Shown: positions 27,313 to 35,931 of the stretch, piece by piece | Layout of the letters: every line of letters begins with the position of its first letter | Position numbering within the stretch: the first letter of the stretch is position 1 | Virus record (IMG/VR): IMGVR_UViG_3300044638_007755 | Source: an uncultured virus (IMG/VR IMGVR_UViG_3300044638_007755) | Lineage: Duplodnaviria > Heunggongvirae > Uroviricota > Caudoviricetes | DNA length: 64,000 bases | Reading direction: 5' to 3' (one strand) | Made by a program: the position numbers and the translations under genes | Notes under the pieces: model-generated | The model's input: only the letters and a program-made list of their open reading frames with translations | The model's database searches: none | What the model was told of the DNA's origin: nothing

Positions 27313-28278
27313 ATGCAAAAAATAGCAATACTTCTCTGGCTTTACCATGAAGATTTAGTAACAGAGTTCGTTGACCTGTTGAATCCTTTACAAGATATCT
27401 CGGATATTTATCTAGGTCTCTGTAAAGATAACGATAACTCAAAAACTCTATCTCAATTTAATAATCTAAATAATATTAAAAGTATTAATTATTATTCTAA
27501 TATTGGAGCAGACCTTTATTCTTTTATTAACACTTTACCAAATATAGAAACTGAATATTTTATTAAGATACATTCCAAAAAAAGTTTGTGGGGAGTTAAC
27601 AATAAATGCAACTGGAGAGCAATGCTTTTAGATTCTCTCATTGGAAATAGAGATACTTTAATAGACAACATAAAATATATGAACAAATATAGTTTGGGTT
27701 CTATTGGCTGTAGACCCTTAATCTATAAAGATGTTGGATCAGTACATTCTTATAAAGTTAATGATATTTGTCAGATTATTGGATTAGATCATCCTAAAAA
27801 TAATCTTTTTGTTGGAGGTAATATGTTTATGGGTAGAACAAAAACATATCAAAATTATCTTAATGAAAATACTATAGAACTTTTAAATAACTTATTAGAA
27901 CTAGAATGTGGTAAAATAAAAGAAAACAAAAATGGAACATATAGCCACGCCTTAGAAAGAGTATTGGGTTATATCGGAAATACTCAAAATCTCAAATCTT
28001 GTCCTTTTCATACTTTTAGAATCAAGGTTCTGGACAATCAACTAGTCAACAAGATAAAGTATCTTCATATCAGGAAAATGTACAATAATGAAATATATTG
28101 TATTGAGCAGCCAAATCTATACGGTAGAGTTAATGACGACTCAAAAGATTCAGAAATAATACAAATTTTCTGGAAACATAAACAACAAGAAATATTAGCC
28201 ACATATCAAAAAATTTCTCAAAATACATATATTAATAAAATCCATCTTACCAATAGGGCTAATGATAAGGTGTATTAG
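27313..28278 (+). CDS. RgpF (rhamnan synthesis F)-like glycosyltransferase
   Basis: N.GAD..F, IKIHSKKS..WR..L..L, FVGGNMF.GR, HALER. Confidence 0.75.
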   Translation: MQKIAILLWLYHEDLVTEFVDLLNPLQDISDIYLGLCKDNDNSKTLSQFNNLNNIKSINYYSNIGADLYSFINTLPNIETEYFIKIHSKKSLWGVNNKCNWRAMLLDSLIGNRDTLIDNIKYMNKYSLGSIGCRPLIYKDVGSVHSYKVNDICQIIGLDHPKNNLFVGGNMFMGRTKTYQNYLNENTIELLNNLLELECGKIKENKNGTYSHALERVLGYIGNTQNLKSCPFHTFRIKVLDNQLVNKIKYLHIRKMYNNEIYCIEQPNLYGRVNDDSKDSEIIQIFWKHKQQEILATYQKISQNTYINKIHLTNRANDKVY

Positions 28279-28314
28279 ATGTTGGATCTTTTTCTTAACT
28301 AAAGAGGCTAAAAT

Positions 28315-28830
28315 ATGAGTTGGAATATAGAATTACCTTTGATAGTGAGAACTCTCATAAGTGATGTGTCTGATAATCCAACATATAGTGACGAAAGATT
28401 ATTGCAAACTATCGTTGTAGCAGCAAAATATGTTCAATTTGATGTTGTGCTAGATTACTCTTACACCCTGAATATAGCAGAGCCTAATATAAGTCCGGAT
28501 CCAACCATAAATGACGATAGTATTTTTATCAGCCTTGTTTGCTTAAAGTGTGCTTGTTTAATCGATCAAAGCTCCCTAAGAACCAAAGCTGCTCTAGAAG
28601 GGATCAGGGCTGCCTTAGGACCAGCTTCTTTAAGTGTTGGTGGTAGTTTACAAGGTTTACAAATGATTTTAGATCATGGTCCCTGTGCAGCTTATGACGA
28701 GCTTACATCTCATTGGGATGTTAAAGAAGCTACAGCAGTTCGTGCAGTACTTAGTCCATTCGTTGGCAATCGTTTTGACCCAACAAGTCTCACATATCCG
28801 GGCGATCCAAGAAGAGACATATATAGTTAA
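28315..28830 (+). CDS. probable head-tail adaptor
   Basis: VRTLISD...YSDERL start typical of connector proteins; position. Confidence 0.55.
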   Translation: MSWNIELPLIVRTLISDVSDNPTYSDERLLQTIVVAAKYVQFDVVLDYSYTLNIAEPNISPDPTINDDSIFISLVCLKCACLIDQSSLRTKAALEGIRAALGPASLSVGGSLQGLQMILDHGPCAAYDELTSHWDVKEATAVRAVLSPFVGNRFDPTSLTYPGDPRRDIYS

Positions 28831-28841
28831 GGAATTTTTAT

Positions 28842-29888
28842 ATGCCAGCAGTTTCTCATAACTTTCAAATAGAACAAGGTTCGCACTTTGAAATTAATTT
28901 TCAATACTTAAACGAACAAAATCAACCTATAAATTTAAGTAATAAATGTATTATTCTTAGATGGCTAGAATCTGATACAAATAATGTGGTAACTTTTTCA
29001 TCAGCCACCCCTGCGAGCGTAGATAATGCTAGTGGTTATTCATTAACCGGAAATGATTTGGGCATCATTAATTTTCAAATATCTTCTGCACAAACTAAAA
29101 CTTATAACTTCACAACAGCAATCTATGATCTAGATATAGTTGAGAATAGCGGATCGGGTAATAGTAAAAACATTAGACTGGTTACCGGTACTATAGGATT
29201 AATTACTAGAAATTTTAGTATTGTTGAAAATTGTGCTATTATTAGTTCTGATTCTAAAGTTCCGGTAGCAGGAGATGCTCCAACTGTTACAGCAACCCCA
29301 CCTCCTACATCTGGGATATCTCCCTCTCCAACTCCTTCGGGATCGGATAATAATGATTTATGTTTACCAGATGATTGTTTTACTTTAGATATTTATGCTA
29401 CCCAATATGCTGGTAGTGGATTTAATATAAACGATAATCAAAATAATAGTGGAAGTATTACCATAGGAGTTTCTAAAGTAATAGAGAACATAGAATTGTC
29501 AGTTAATGGATTAAGACACAATAGTCCACAAGATCTTACTTTCATTTTGGCTCCTCCTTCTGGTAGTGGTATTTTACTATCTTCAAACAGTAAGATTACT
29601 AACTATAGTGTTAATAATGGATTTAGTTTTATGTTTTCTAATAAAGCTCCTTCAGGAGCATATCTTAATAACATAGCTAATGGAGGTATGTGTAATATTA
29701 GAGATAGAACTGATATTGTAAAATTTAATAATGGAAATCTATTATATAGTTTCAATCATCTTTTAAATAGTAGTATTACTGGAATATGGACATTATATGC
29801 TAATGATAATGATGTTGATGTTTCTGGTAGTATTGATTCATGGAAATTAATATTAACATATCCACCAGAAATTGTTGGAGATGAATAA
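28842..29888 (+). CDS. BppU-N-like domain, Pro/Thr linker and proprotein-convertase P-domain
   Basis: FQIEQGSHF..; VNGLRHNSPQDL..LAPPSG..GIWTL..D....G.IDSWKL. Confidence 0.7.
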   Translation: MPAVSHNFQIEQGSHFEINFQYLNEQNQPINLSNKCIILRWLESDTNNVVTFSSATPASVDNASGYSLTGNDLGIINFQISSAQTKTYNFTTAIYDLDIVENSGSGNSKNIRLVTGTIGLITRNFSIVENCAIISSDSKVPVAGDAPTVTATPPPTSGISPSPTPSGSDNNDLCLPDDCFTLDIYATQYAGSGFNINDNQNNSGSITIGVSKVIENIELSVNGLRHNSPQDLTFILAPPSGSGILLSSNSKITNYSVNNGFSFMFSNKAPSGAYLNNIANGGMCNIRDRTDIVKFNNGNLLYSFNHLLNSSITGIWTLYANDNDVDVSGSIDSWKLILTYPPEIVGDE

Positions 29889-29890
29889 TA

Positions 29891-30085
29891 ATGAATCTTT
29901 TATATATCAATGAGACTCAGAACAAAAGAGTTGAAATTACCTCAAAAGATCTAGGCATTATTAATACTGAAAAAGATATTGTAATTAGAGAAATCAGTTA
30001 TACTCGTGGATTAGGCCTGGGATCAAATACTACTGTTGGAATTGGCGCTATTCAACCCAGAACTGTCACAGTGAAACAAGTATAA
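29891..30085 (+). CDS. small hypothetical virion protein
   Basis: ORF tightly packed in the operon. Confidence 0.55.
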   Translation: MNLLYINETQNKRVEITSKDLGIINTEKDIVIREISYTRGLGLGSNTTVGIGAIQPRTVTVKQV

Positions 30086-30087
30086 TT

Positions 30088-30618
30088 ATGACAGATTTTT
30101 CAACAATATTAAGCTCAGAATTTAAACAAACCTTCAATGATGCAATAGATGCTGTTTTATCTCAAACAGGATTAACTGTACAATGTGTTCTTTCGTATGC
30201 TGGACAGAAAAATACAGAAGTTTGTAATAATTGTATATATGATCCTATTTCTAGATTATCAGCTAATTTATATAACGGAACTGGATCATCACCATTTCCA
30301 GACAATTCAATATGTCCTGTATGTTTAGGTATGGGACAAAAAGATTCCGATACTACCACAGAAAAGATTTTTTTAGCAGTGTTATTTGATAGTAAATATT
30401 GGCTTAATTGGTCATCAAAAACCATGAATATTCCTGACGGTATGATTCAAACGATTTGCAATGTTAATCTGCTTCCTAAGATTAGAGCAGCTAGTGATAT
30501 CACTATAGATCCTGCTCTAGCAGTATATGGGAATTATACATATGAGAGAGCTGGTGATCCTATGCCGGTTGGACTAGGCAGCAATAGATATATTATAACT
30601 ATGTGGACTCGTAAATAA
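30088..30618 (+). CDS. probable head closure/neck protein with CxxC motifs
   Basis: CNNC and CPVC motifs; position. Confidence 0.5.
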   Translation: MTDFSTILSSEFKQTFNDAIDAVLSQTGLTVQCVLSYAGQKNTEVCNNCIYDPISRLSANLYNGTGSSPFPDNSICPVCLGMGQKDSDTTTEKIFLAVLFDSKYWLNWSSKTMNIPDGMIQTICNVNLLPKIRAASDITIDPALAVYGNYTYERAGDPMPVGLGSNRYIITMWTRK

Positions 30619-31260
30619 ATGAATATTACAGTAAAACTAGTTGATAGTACTCCTGATATTACTAAAGCTATCTTAGGTAGTATCAGAGATTATTTAGATC
30701 CTAAAATTAAACAAGCAGCATCAAAAACCTCCGAAAAATTACCAAAATTAGTATCAGAAGCATTAAGACAAGAACCTGAATATTTATCATTATTAAGTGG
30801 ACAGCTAAAAGCAGAACTTGGGTTAGCTAGTAGTTCTGATGTTGAAGCTGTAATTGAAGCTATAAGTTCTTCGATAGAACTAAAAACACAATCTTTAAGT
30901 GCTAATAGGTCTGGTATTAAGGGTGGTTTTACAATAAATATGATCAGAGCCAAAGATGCTGGAGGAGTTATAGGATTAGATATTGCAAAGATAAATGACA
31001 AGGGATATTCCTTACCATGGCTACAATGGCTATTATTTGCCGGTAATGAAGTATTAATTAAAAACTATAAAGTAGAGTTTGGACCAGATCCAAATTCAAG
31101 ATCTGGATTAGCCATTATGAAACCGTCATCTTCAAGTAGCTGGAGAGTTCCTCCAGAATTTGTTGGATCAGAAGAAAACAACTGGATTACTAGAGCAATT
31201 ACCAGAATTGAAAATAATGTTTATGATCTAATTGTTAAAGCTGTTGAAGGTGAAATATGA
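30619..31260 (+). CDS. probable neck/tail-completion protein
   Basis: Position; LPWLQWLL..NNWITRA. Confidence 0.5.
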   Translation: MNITVKLVDSTPDITKAILGSIRDYLDPKIKQAASKTSEKLPKLVSEALRQEPEYLSLLSGQLKAELGLASSSDVEAVIEAISSSIELKTQSLSANRSGIKGGFTINMIRAKDAGGVIGLDIAKINDKGYSLPWLQWLLFAGNEVLIKNYKVEFGPDPNSRSGLAIMKPSSSSSWRVPPEFVGSEENNWITRAITRIENNVYDLIVKAVEGEI

Positions 31261-32186
31261 CTACTTTCCATTTTGTAGAATCTATAGGCAAAAAAAATGC
31301 TGTAGCTAGTCTAGAAGATAATCTTAAAGGATTTTTAGACTGGTCTTTCTTACACGTAGGAGGATTTATTAATGTTGAAATTCCAACTAGTGGATTACAG
31401 GGTTCCTCTTTTCACCAACTAAAGGCCGTTTCGGATCCTTCTCAAAAAATGAAACTATGGGAAGCTCCAAGAAAAGACTGGGTATATGAGACGGGAGTAT
31501 CATACAACTCAACAAACCCCATAGCAATATCTGGGATTTCTTTAAATGGAGTATTTTTACCAGCCCCAACTGGTAGTGGAGCATATGCCTACAATATTAA
31601 TTATCCGTTAGGCAGAATAGAGTTTTCAAGCAATGTCTCTGCAACAAGTAATGTTTCTTTAGAATATTCATATAGATATGTTCAAACATATAAGGCCAAT
31701 GAGTCTTTATGGTGGAAAGAATTACAGTCCGATACATATAATCCAGCCAATTTTAAACCTAGTGGAGATTATAGCATAACAGCTAATCATAGAATACAAT
31801 TACCGGCAATTATAATAGAAACAGTATCTCGTACAGTATTAACTCCTAGAGAATTAGGAACAGCACAAAATATAATCTTACAAGATGTTTTATTACATAT
31901 ATTTGCCCAAAATATTAATCAAAGAAACATTCTAACAGAAACACTTTTATTACAAAAAGACAAAACGCTCAATTTATACGATATTAGCAACATTATTTCT
32001 GATACTAAATATCCTTTAAATAGAAATGGGTCAATTAATCCTAGTGGCTTAACATACCCTGAACTTTGTTCAGAATATAGAAGCAACTCATGTTGTATCA
32101 AAAATAGTTCTATTTCTGAAACCAATCAGCTAACAAGCTCTCTTTATAATAGTATTGTGAGATGGTCTATTGAGATTTTTCCATAA
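31257..32186 (+). CDS. probable tail terminator
   Basis: Immediately before the tail tube; QLPAIIIE motif. Confidence 0.5.
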   Translation: MTTFHFVESIGKKNAVASLEDNLKGFLDWSFLHVGGFINVEIPTSGLQGSSFHQLKAVSDPSQKMKLWEAPRKDWVYETGVSYNSTNPIAISGISLNGVFLPAPTGSGAYAYNINYPLGRIEFSSNVSATSNVSLEYSYRYVQTYKANESLWWKELQSDTYNPANFKPSGDYSITANHRIQLPAIIIETVSRTVLTPRELGTAQNIILQDVLLHIFAQNINQRNILTETLLLQKDKTLNLYDISNIISDTKYPLNRNGSINPSGLTYPELCSEYRSNSCCIKNSSISETNQLTSSLYNSIVRWSIEIFP

Positions 32187-32283
32187 GTTAGCAAACCTTG
32201 GTGTATGTCTAACATAGACGATTTATCATTAAATATAGCTTAAAAACAGTAATTCTTACCAACATACAATTCGGAGAAATGCC

Positions 32284-33384
32284 ATGCCAGCAAATAATAG
32301 AATTTTTTATGCTACACAAGCTGTTGCTCTATTACCACAAAATTCAGACGGAAGCGCTGTAGGATCATGGTATCTTCCCAAAGGTATTCAAAGTGTTGGT
32401 ATGACAACTAATTTTAATCTTGAACAAGTCTTCGAACTAGGTCAGATTGAAATTTATGATCAGGTCGAAGATGTTCCAGAAATAGAAGTGACCCTAAATA
32501 AGGTTATTGATGGAACACCTCCTCTGTATCTAATGTGTATGGGTGGTAGTGCTGGTATAACTGGAGCTAATGGTAAAGAATTAGCATCTATAGCTAATAA
32601 TAGAGTTAATTTTAAATTAGCTGTATTCTCAGACTCAAACAGTGCCGCAACAGGAAACGCACAAAATTATGTTGATTGCAGCGGCATGTATTTGTCTAGT
32701 GTTTCTTATACCTTTCCTGTCGATGGCAACGCTACCGAAGATGTTACTCTTGTTGGCAACAACAAATTTTGGAATAGCGGTTCATTATTTGCTACTAATC
32801 TTACTTCTAATTTTTCTACTGGTAGTGGTACTTCTCCATCTACCGTAAGAAGATATAATGTTGATCTTACTAGCGGAACTACAATACTACCAACAGGCGA
32901 TGGTGGTATTCCTCTTCCTTCAGGAAGAAATGAGCAAAGACCATATCTACAAAATATCACTATTAGTAGCGATCTTGGTCGCGAAGCTATTAACGAACTT
33001 GGCAGAATGGCTCCATATTATCGTTATGTAAATTTCCCTGTGGAAGTTACGAGCGAGTTTGAAGTTGTAGCTGCTGATGGAGATCAGATGAATGCTAGTG
33101 ACTTTAGTAGTAAGAGCGGTTGTGGTCAAAGCTATAAGAACCTTACTGATAAACCAATTAAGATTAATGTTTGTGGTAGTGGTACTGGTGATTCTCTTAC
33201 CATAGATCTTGGACTTAAGAATAAGCTTACTAGCGTAAATTATACTGGAGGAGATACTGGTGGTGGTAATGCTACTATTACTTATAGTTTCCAAACGTTC
33301 AATAAGCTAGTCGTAACAGCATCGGGTACGTATTCAAATACTCAATGGATCGATACAACAAATGATGCTGGTATTAACGAGTAA
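32284..33384 (+). CDS. major tail (tube) protein
   Basis: GIQSVG..FNLEQVFELGQ, REAINELG two-domain pattern; GGAG RBS; position. Confidence 0.75.
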   Translation: MPANNRIFYATQAVALLPQNSDGSAVGSWYLPKGIQSVGMTTNFNLEQVFELGQIEIYDQVEDVPEIEVTLNKVIDGTPPLYLMCMGGSAGITGANGKELASIANNRVNFKLAVFSDSNSAATGNAQNYVDCSGMYLSSVSYTFPVDGNATEDVTLVGNNKFWNSGSLFATNLTSNFSTGSGTSPSTVRRYNVDLTSGTTILPTGDGGIPLPSGRNEQRPYLQNITISSDLGREAINELGRMAPYYRYVNFPVEVTSEFEVVAADGDQMNASDFSSKSGCGQSYKNLTDKPIKINVCGSGTGDSLTIDLGLKNKLTSVNYTGGDTGGGNATITYSFQTFNKLVVTASGTYSNTQWIDTTNDAGINE

Positions 33385-33437
33385 TAATTACAAGTATTGA
33401 TTTAGGTTTTCGATAAAGTATATAGGAATAGGAAATT

Positions 33438-33581
33438 ATGGATGAGTTATTTAATATAATAGGAAAACTGTATGTAGACATATATAATATGCAAAAAGTA
33501 TTAGAAATGTTACAAAAACAGTTACAAGAAAAAGATCAGGAACTACAAAGTCTTAAGAAGACTAGGACAAGGGATGAATGA
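33438..33581 (+). CDS. 47-aa coiled-coil protein (MDELFNIIGKLYVDIY...)
   Basis: Translated by hand; AGGA RBS; overlaps the start of the next gene. Confidence 0.6.
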   Translation: MDELFNIIGKLYVDIYNMQKVLEMLQKQLQEKDQELQSLKKTRTRDE

Positions 33582-34620
33582 TGCAGAAATTGAGCTACTT
33601 CTGTATAGGATACTATCTGGGAAATTGGTTTTTTTCTACAAAGGGGAAAAATACGAATTAAAATCTGCTGATTATAATATTAGGTATGAAAGCCAATTAT
33701 TATATGATCAAATTCTTAATGAAGAAAAATACGCGGATTGGATCAGAGAAGAAGATTTAATTCCTGTGATGATTAATTTAGGATTATGGACAAGAGACAC
33801 AATGAAAATAGTTAAAGACCTAGAAAAAAGAATAGAAAATTTAAAAGTTGACTTATTTAAGTTCTCTGCTCTTCCAGATAAAGAAAAAACTAATAGGAAA
33901 AATTTAAATCAATCCAGAGTACAGCTTAATCAGATTCTAAATAAAAAATCTGATTTTCTTAGCAATACTCTAGAAGGATATGCTATTTCTATTAAAAACG
34001 AATATATAGTATGTAATACGTTATATAAAAATAACAAACGGGTTTTTCCTAGTAACTTAGAAAATAACCAAACTTCATATACGTATTTTAATGATCTAAT
34101 AAACGAAATCAATAAGCATACTATCTCCATAGGACAATTTAAGTCTTTAGCTAGACATCAATTATGGAGGTCTTATTGGCATTGTAATAAACAGAATATT
34201 TTTCATGATTCTATAGTTAATATAACAGATGATCAAAGAACATTAATTAATGTAAGTAGAATGTATGATAGCGTATATGATCATCCAGAAGCGCCATCTG
34301 ATAAAATCATAGACGACGATGATATGCTAGAAGGTTGGATGATTGTTCAAAGAAGAAAAGCCGATAAGGCTAAAAATGAAAAAAGAATTGATGAGTTAAA
34401 TCCAAAACTCAAAAATGCTCAAGAAGTTTTTCTAATGGCAAATGATACAGAATCTTATGAGGAGATCATGTCGTTAAATAGTGGAGAGAGTAAATATAGA
34501 ATCCAAGAAAAGATGAATTTTATTAACAATCAGCAAGGGCCGGTTGCTGACGTTCAGTTACCGGATGTTCAAAGAGATATATTAAATAGGTCAAATACAA
34601 TGTTTAAGAATAGGAAATAA
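33574..34620 (+). CDS. hypothetical, tail assembly chaperone region
   Basis: Lies between tube and tape measure genes. Confidence 0.6.
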   Translation: MNDAEIELLLYRILSGKLVFFYKGEKYELKSADYNIRYESQLLYDQILNEEKYADWIREEDLIPVMINLGLWTRDTMKIVKDLEKRIENLKVDLFKFSALPDKEKTNRKNLNQSRVQLNQILNKKSDFLSNTLEGYAISIKNEYIVCNTLYKNNKRVFPSNLENNQTSYTYFNDLINEINKHTISIGQFKSLARHQLWRSYWHCNKQNIFHDSIVNITDDQRTLINVSRMYDSVYDHPEAPSDKIIDDDDMLEGWMIVQRRKADKAKNEKRIDELNPKLKNAQEVFLMANDTESYEEIMSLNSGESKYRIQEKMNFINNQQGPVADVQLPDVQRDILNRSNTMFKNRK

Positions 34621-34622
34621 TT

Positions 34623-34928
34623 ATGAACGAACAGTTATTACTAAATAATATTTACAAGAAATTTCAAACAACAATGATTGGTGCTTTGGCTAGGTTTGAA
34701 GAAAATTTTGGGTTTTTATGGGACAATGATACTAAGGAAGCAGAAAGATTTGATCTTCTATGGGAAGAAACTAGAAATAGTATTTTAAACAATGGAAACA
34801 AACAATCTAGAGCTGCACTAACAGAGATTTCTGACTATATTAACAATAATAATCGAGTTAAACAAAAATATCACTATAAATTTTATTTTGATAAGAACGA
34901 TAACAACAACCCAGGAGAAGGAAAATGA
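34623..34928 (+). CDS. hypothetical protein
   Basis: ORF in operon. Confidence 0.65.
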   Translation: MNEQLLLNNIYKKFQTTMIGALARFEENFGFLWDNDTKEAERFDLLWEETRNSILNNGNKQSRAALTEISDYINNNNRVKQKYHYKFYFDKNDNNNPGEGK

Positions 34929-35830
34929 AAACAAAAACTTTTAAGACTCTTGTAGATAATGGAAACAATGAAAAAGTAGAGAAAGAATTCTTGGTTCGTA
35001 GTCCTTCTTTGAATGACCAGAGAGAGGCCCAGAAGGTATATAATCAAGCTTTTACCGACGCTATTAAAAGTAAGAGTGTCGTTAGGGCTAGACTTGAAGA
35101 TCTTTTAAAAGATCAAGGATTATGGGATGATGAAAAACAGGCTAAGTTCACTGAACTCCAAAAAGAATTGCTTGATGGAGAGAAGAGATTAGCTAAGGGT
35201 GGTTTTAGTCTTAATGAGGCTAAAGATCTGGCCGTTAAGATGAAATCTGTAAGAGATGACATCAGAGACCTTATCAGCGTTAGAACTAGTTTAGATAATC
35301 ATAGCGCTGAAGGACAAGCTGATAATGCTAGATTTAATTATTTAGCATCTGTTTGTGTGGTGTATAGTGATACTAAGCAACCATATTTCAAAGATATGGA
35401 AGAGTATCTAAATAGAGCCACAGAACAGGTGGCTATATTAGGAGCTCAAAATTTGGCTAATATGTTGTATGGTTTGGATAATGATTATGAAAGCAATTTA
35501 CCAGAAAACAAATTTTTAAAGAAATATAAGTTTGTTGATGATAAATTAAGACTAATAGATAAAAAGGGTAGATTGATTGATGCAGAAGGAAGACTGGTTG
35601 ACGAGGATGGTCGATACATTGACGATGCTGGAAATTTTGTTGATAGATATGGTAATAGAGTTAGTAAAGACGGCGATTATATGGTTGAGGCAGAACCGTT
35701 TCTCGACGACAATGGAAAACCAGTCATATTAGATGAAGTAGCTAATGAAGAACAACAACCAGAACCAACTGTATCAGAACCAGAACCAAAGACGGAGCCA
35801 CCAGCTTCAACAGAGCCACCAGCTAGTTGA
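34925..35830 (+). CDS. probable tail assembly chaperone
   Basis: Position; repeated (L/I)(I/V)DxxG(R/N) motifs, Pro/Glu tail. Confidence 0.55.
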   Translation: MKTKTFKTLVDNGNNEKVEKEFLVRSPSLNDQREAQKVYNQAFTDAIKSKSVVRARLEDLLKDQGLWDDEKQAKFTELQKELLDGEKRLAKGGFSLNEAKDLAVKMKSVRDDIRDLISVRTSLDNHSAEGQADNARFNYLASVCVVYSDTKQPYFKDMEEYLNRATEQVAILGAQNLANMLYGLDNDYESNLPENKFLKKYKFVDDKLRLIDKKGRLIDAEGRLVDEDGRYIDDAGNFVDRYGNRVSKDGDYMVEAEPFLDDNGKPVILDEVANEEQQPEPTVSEPEPKTEPPASTEPPAS

Positions 35831-35874
35831 TTGCGTTTGCTTAACTTATACTTATTGTAACATTCCTAAGTTTT

Positions 35875-35902
35875 CCCCATTTAGTAGAAATGCTAAGTGG
35901 GG
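35875..35902 (+). other. RNA hairpin in the tape measure leader
   Basis: CCCCATTTAGTA-GAAA-TGCTAAGTGGGG: 12-bp stem with two G-U pairs and a GNRA loop. Confidence 0.65.
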
Positions 35903-35931
35903 ATTACTATTGAATTAGGTTCAATTATACT

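Noticed and set aside
33574..35830. Programmed frameshift in tail chaperone genes
   Set aside because: No convincing slippery site at an ORF end; each ORF has its own start
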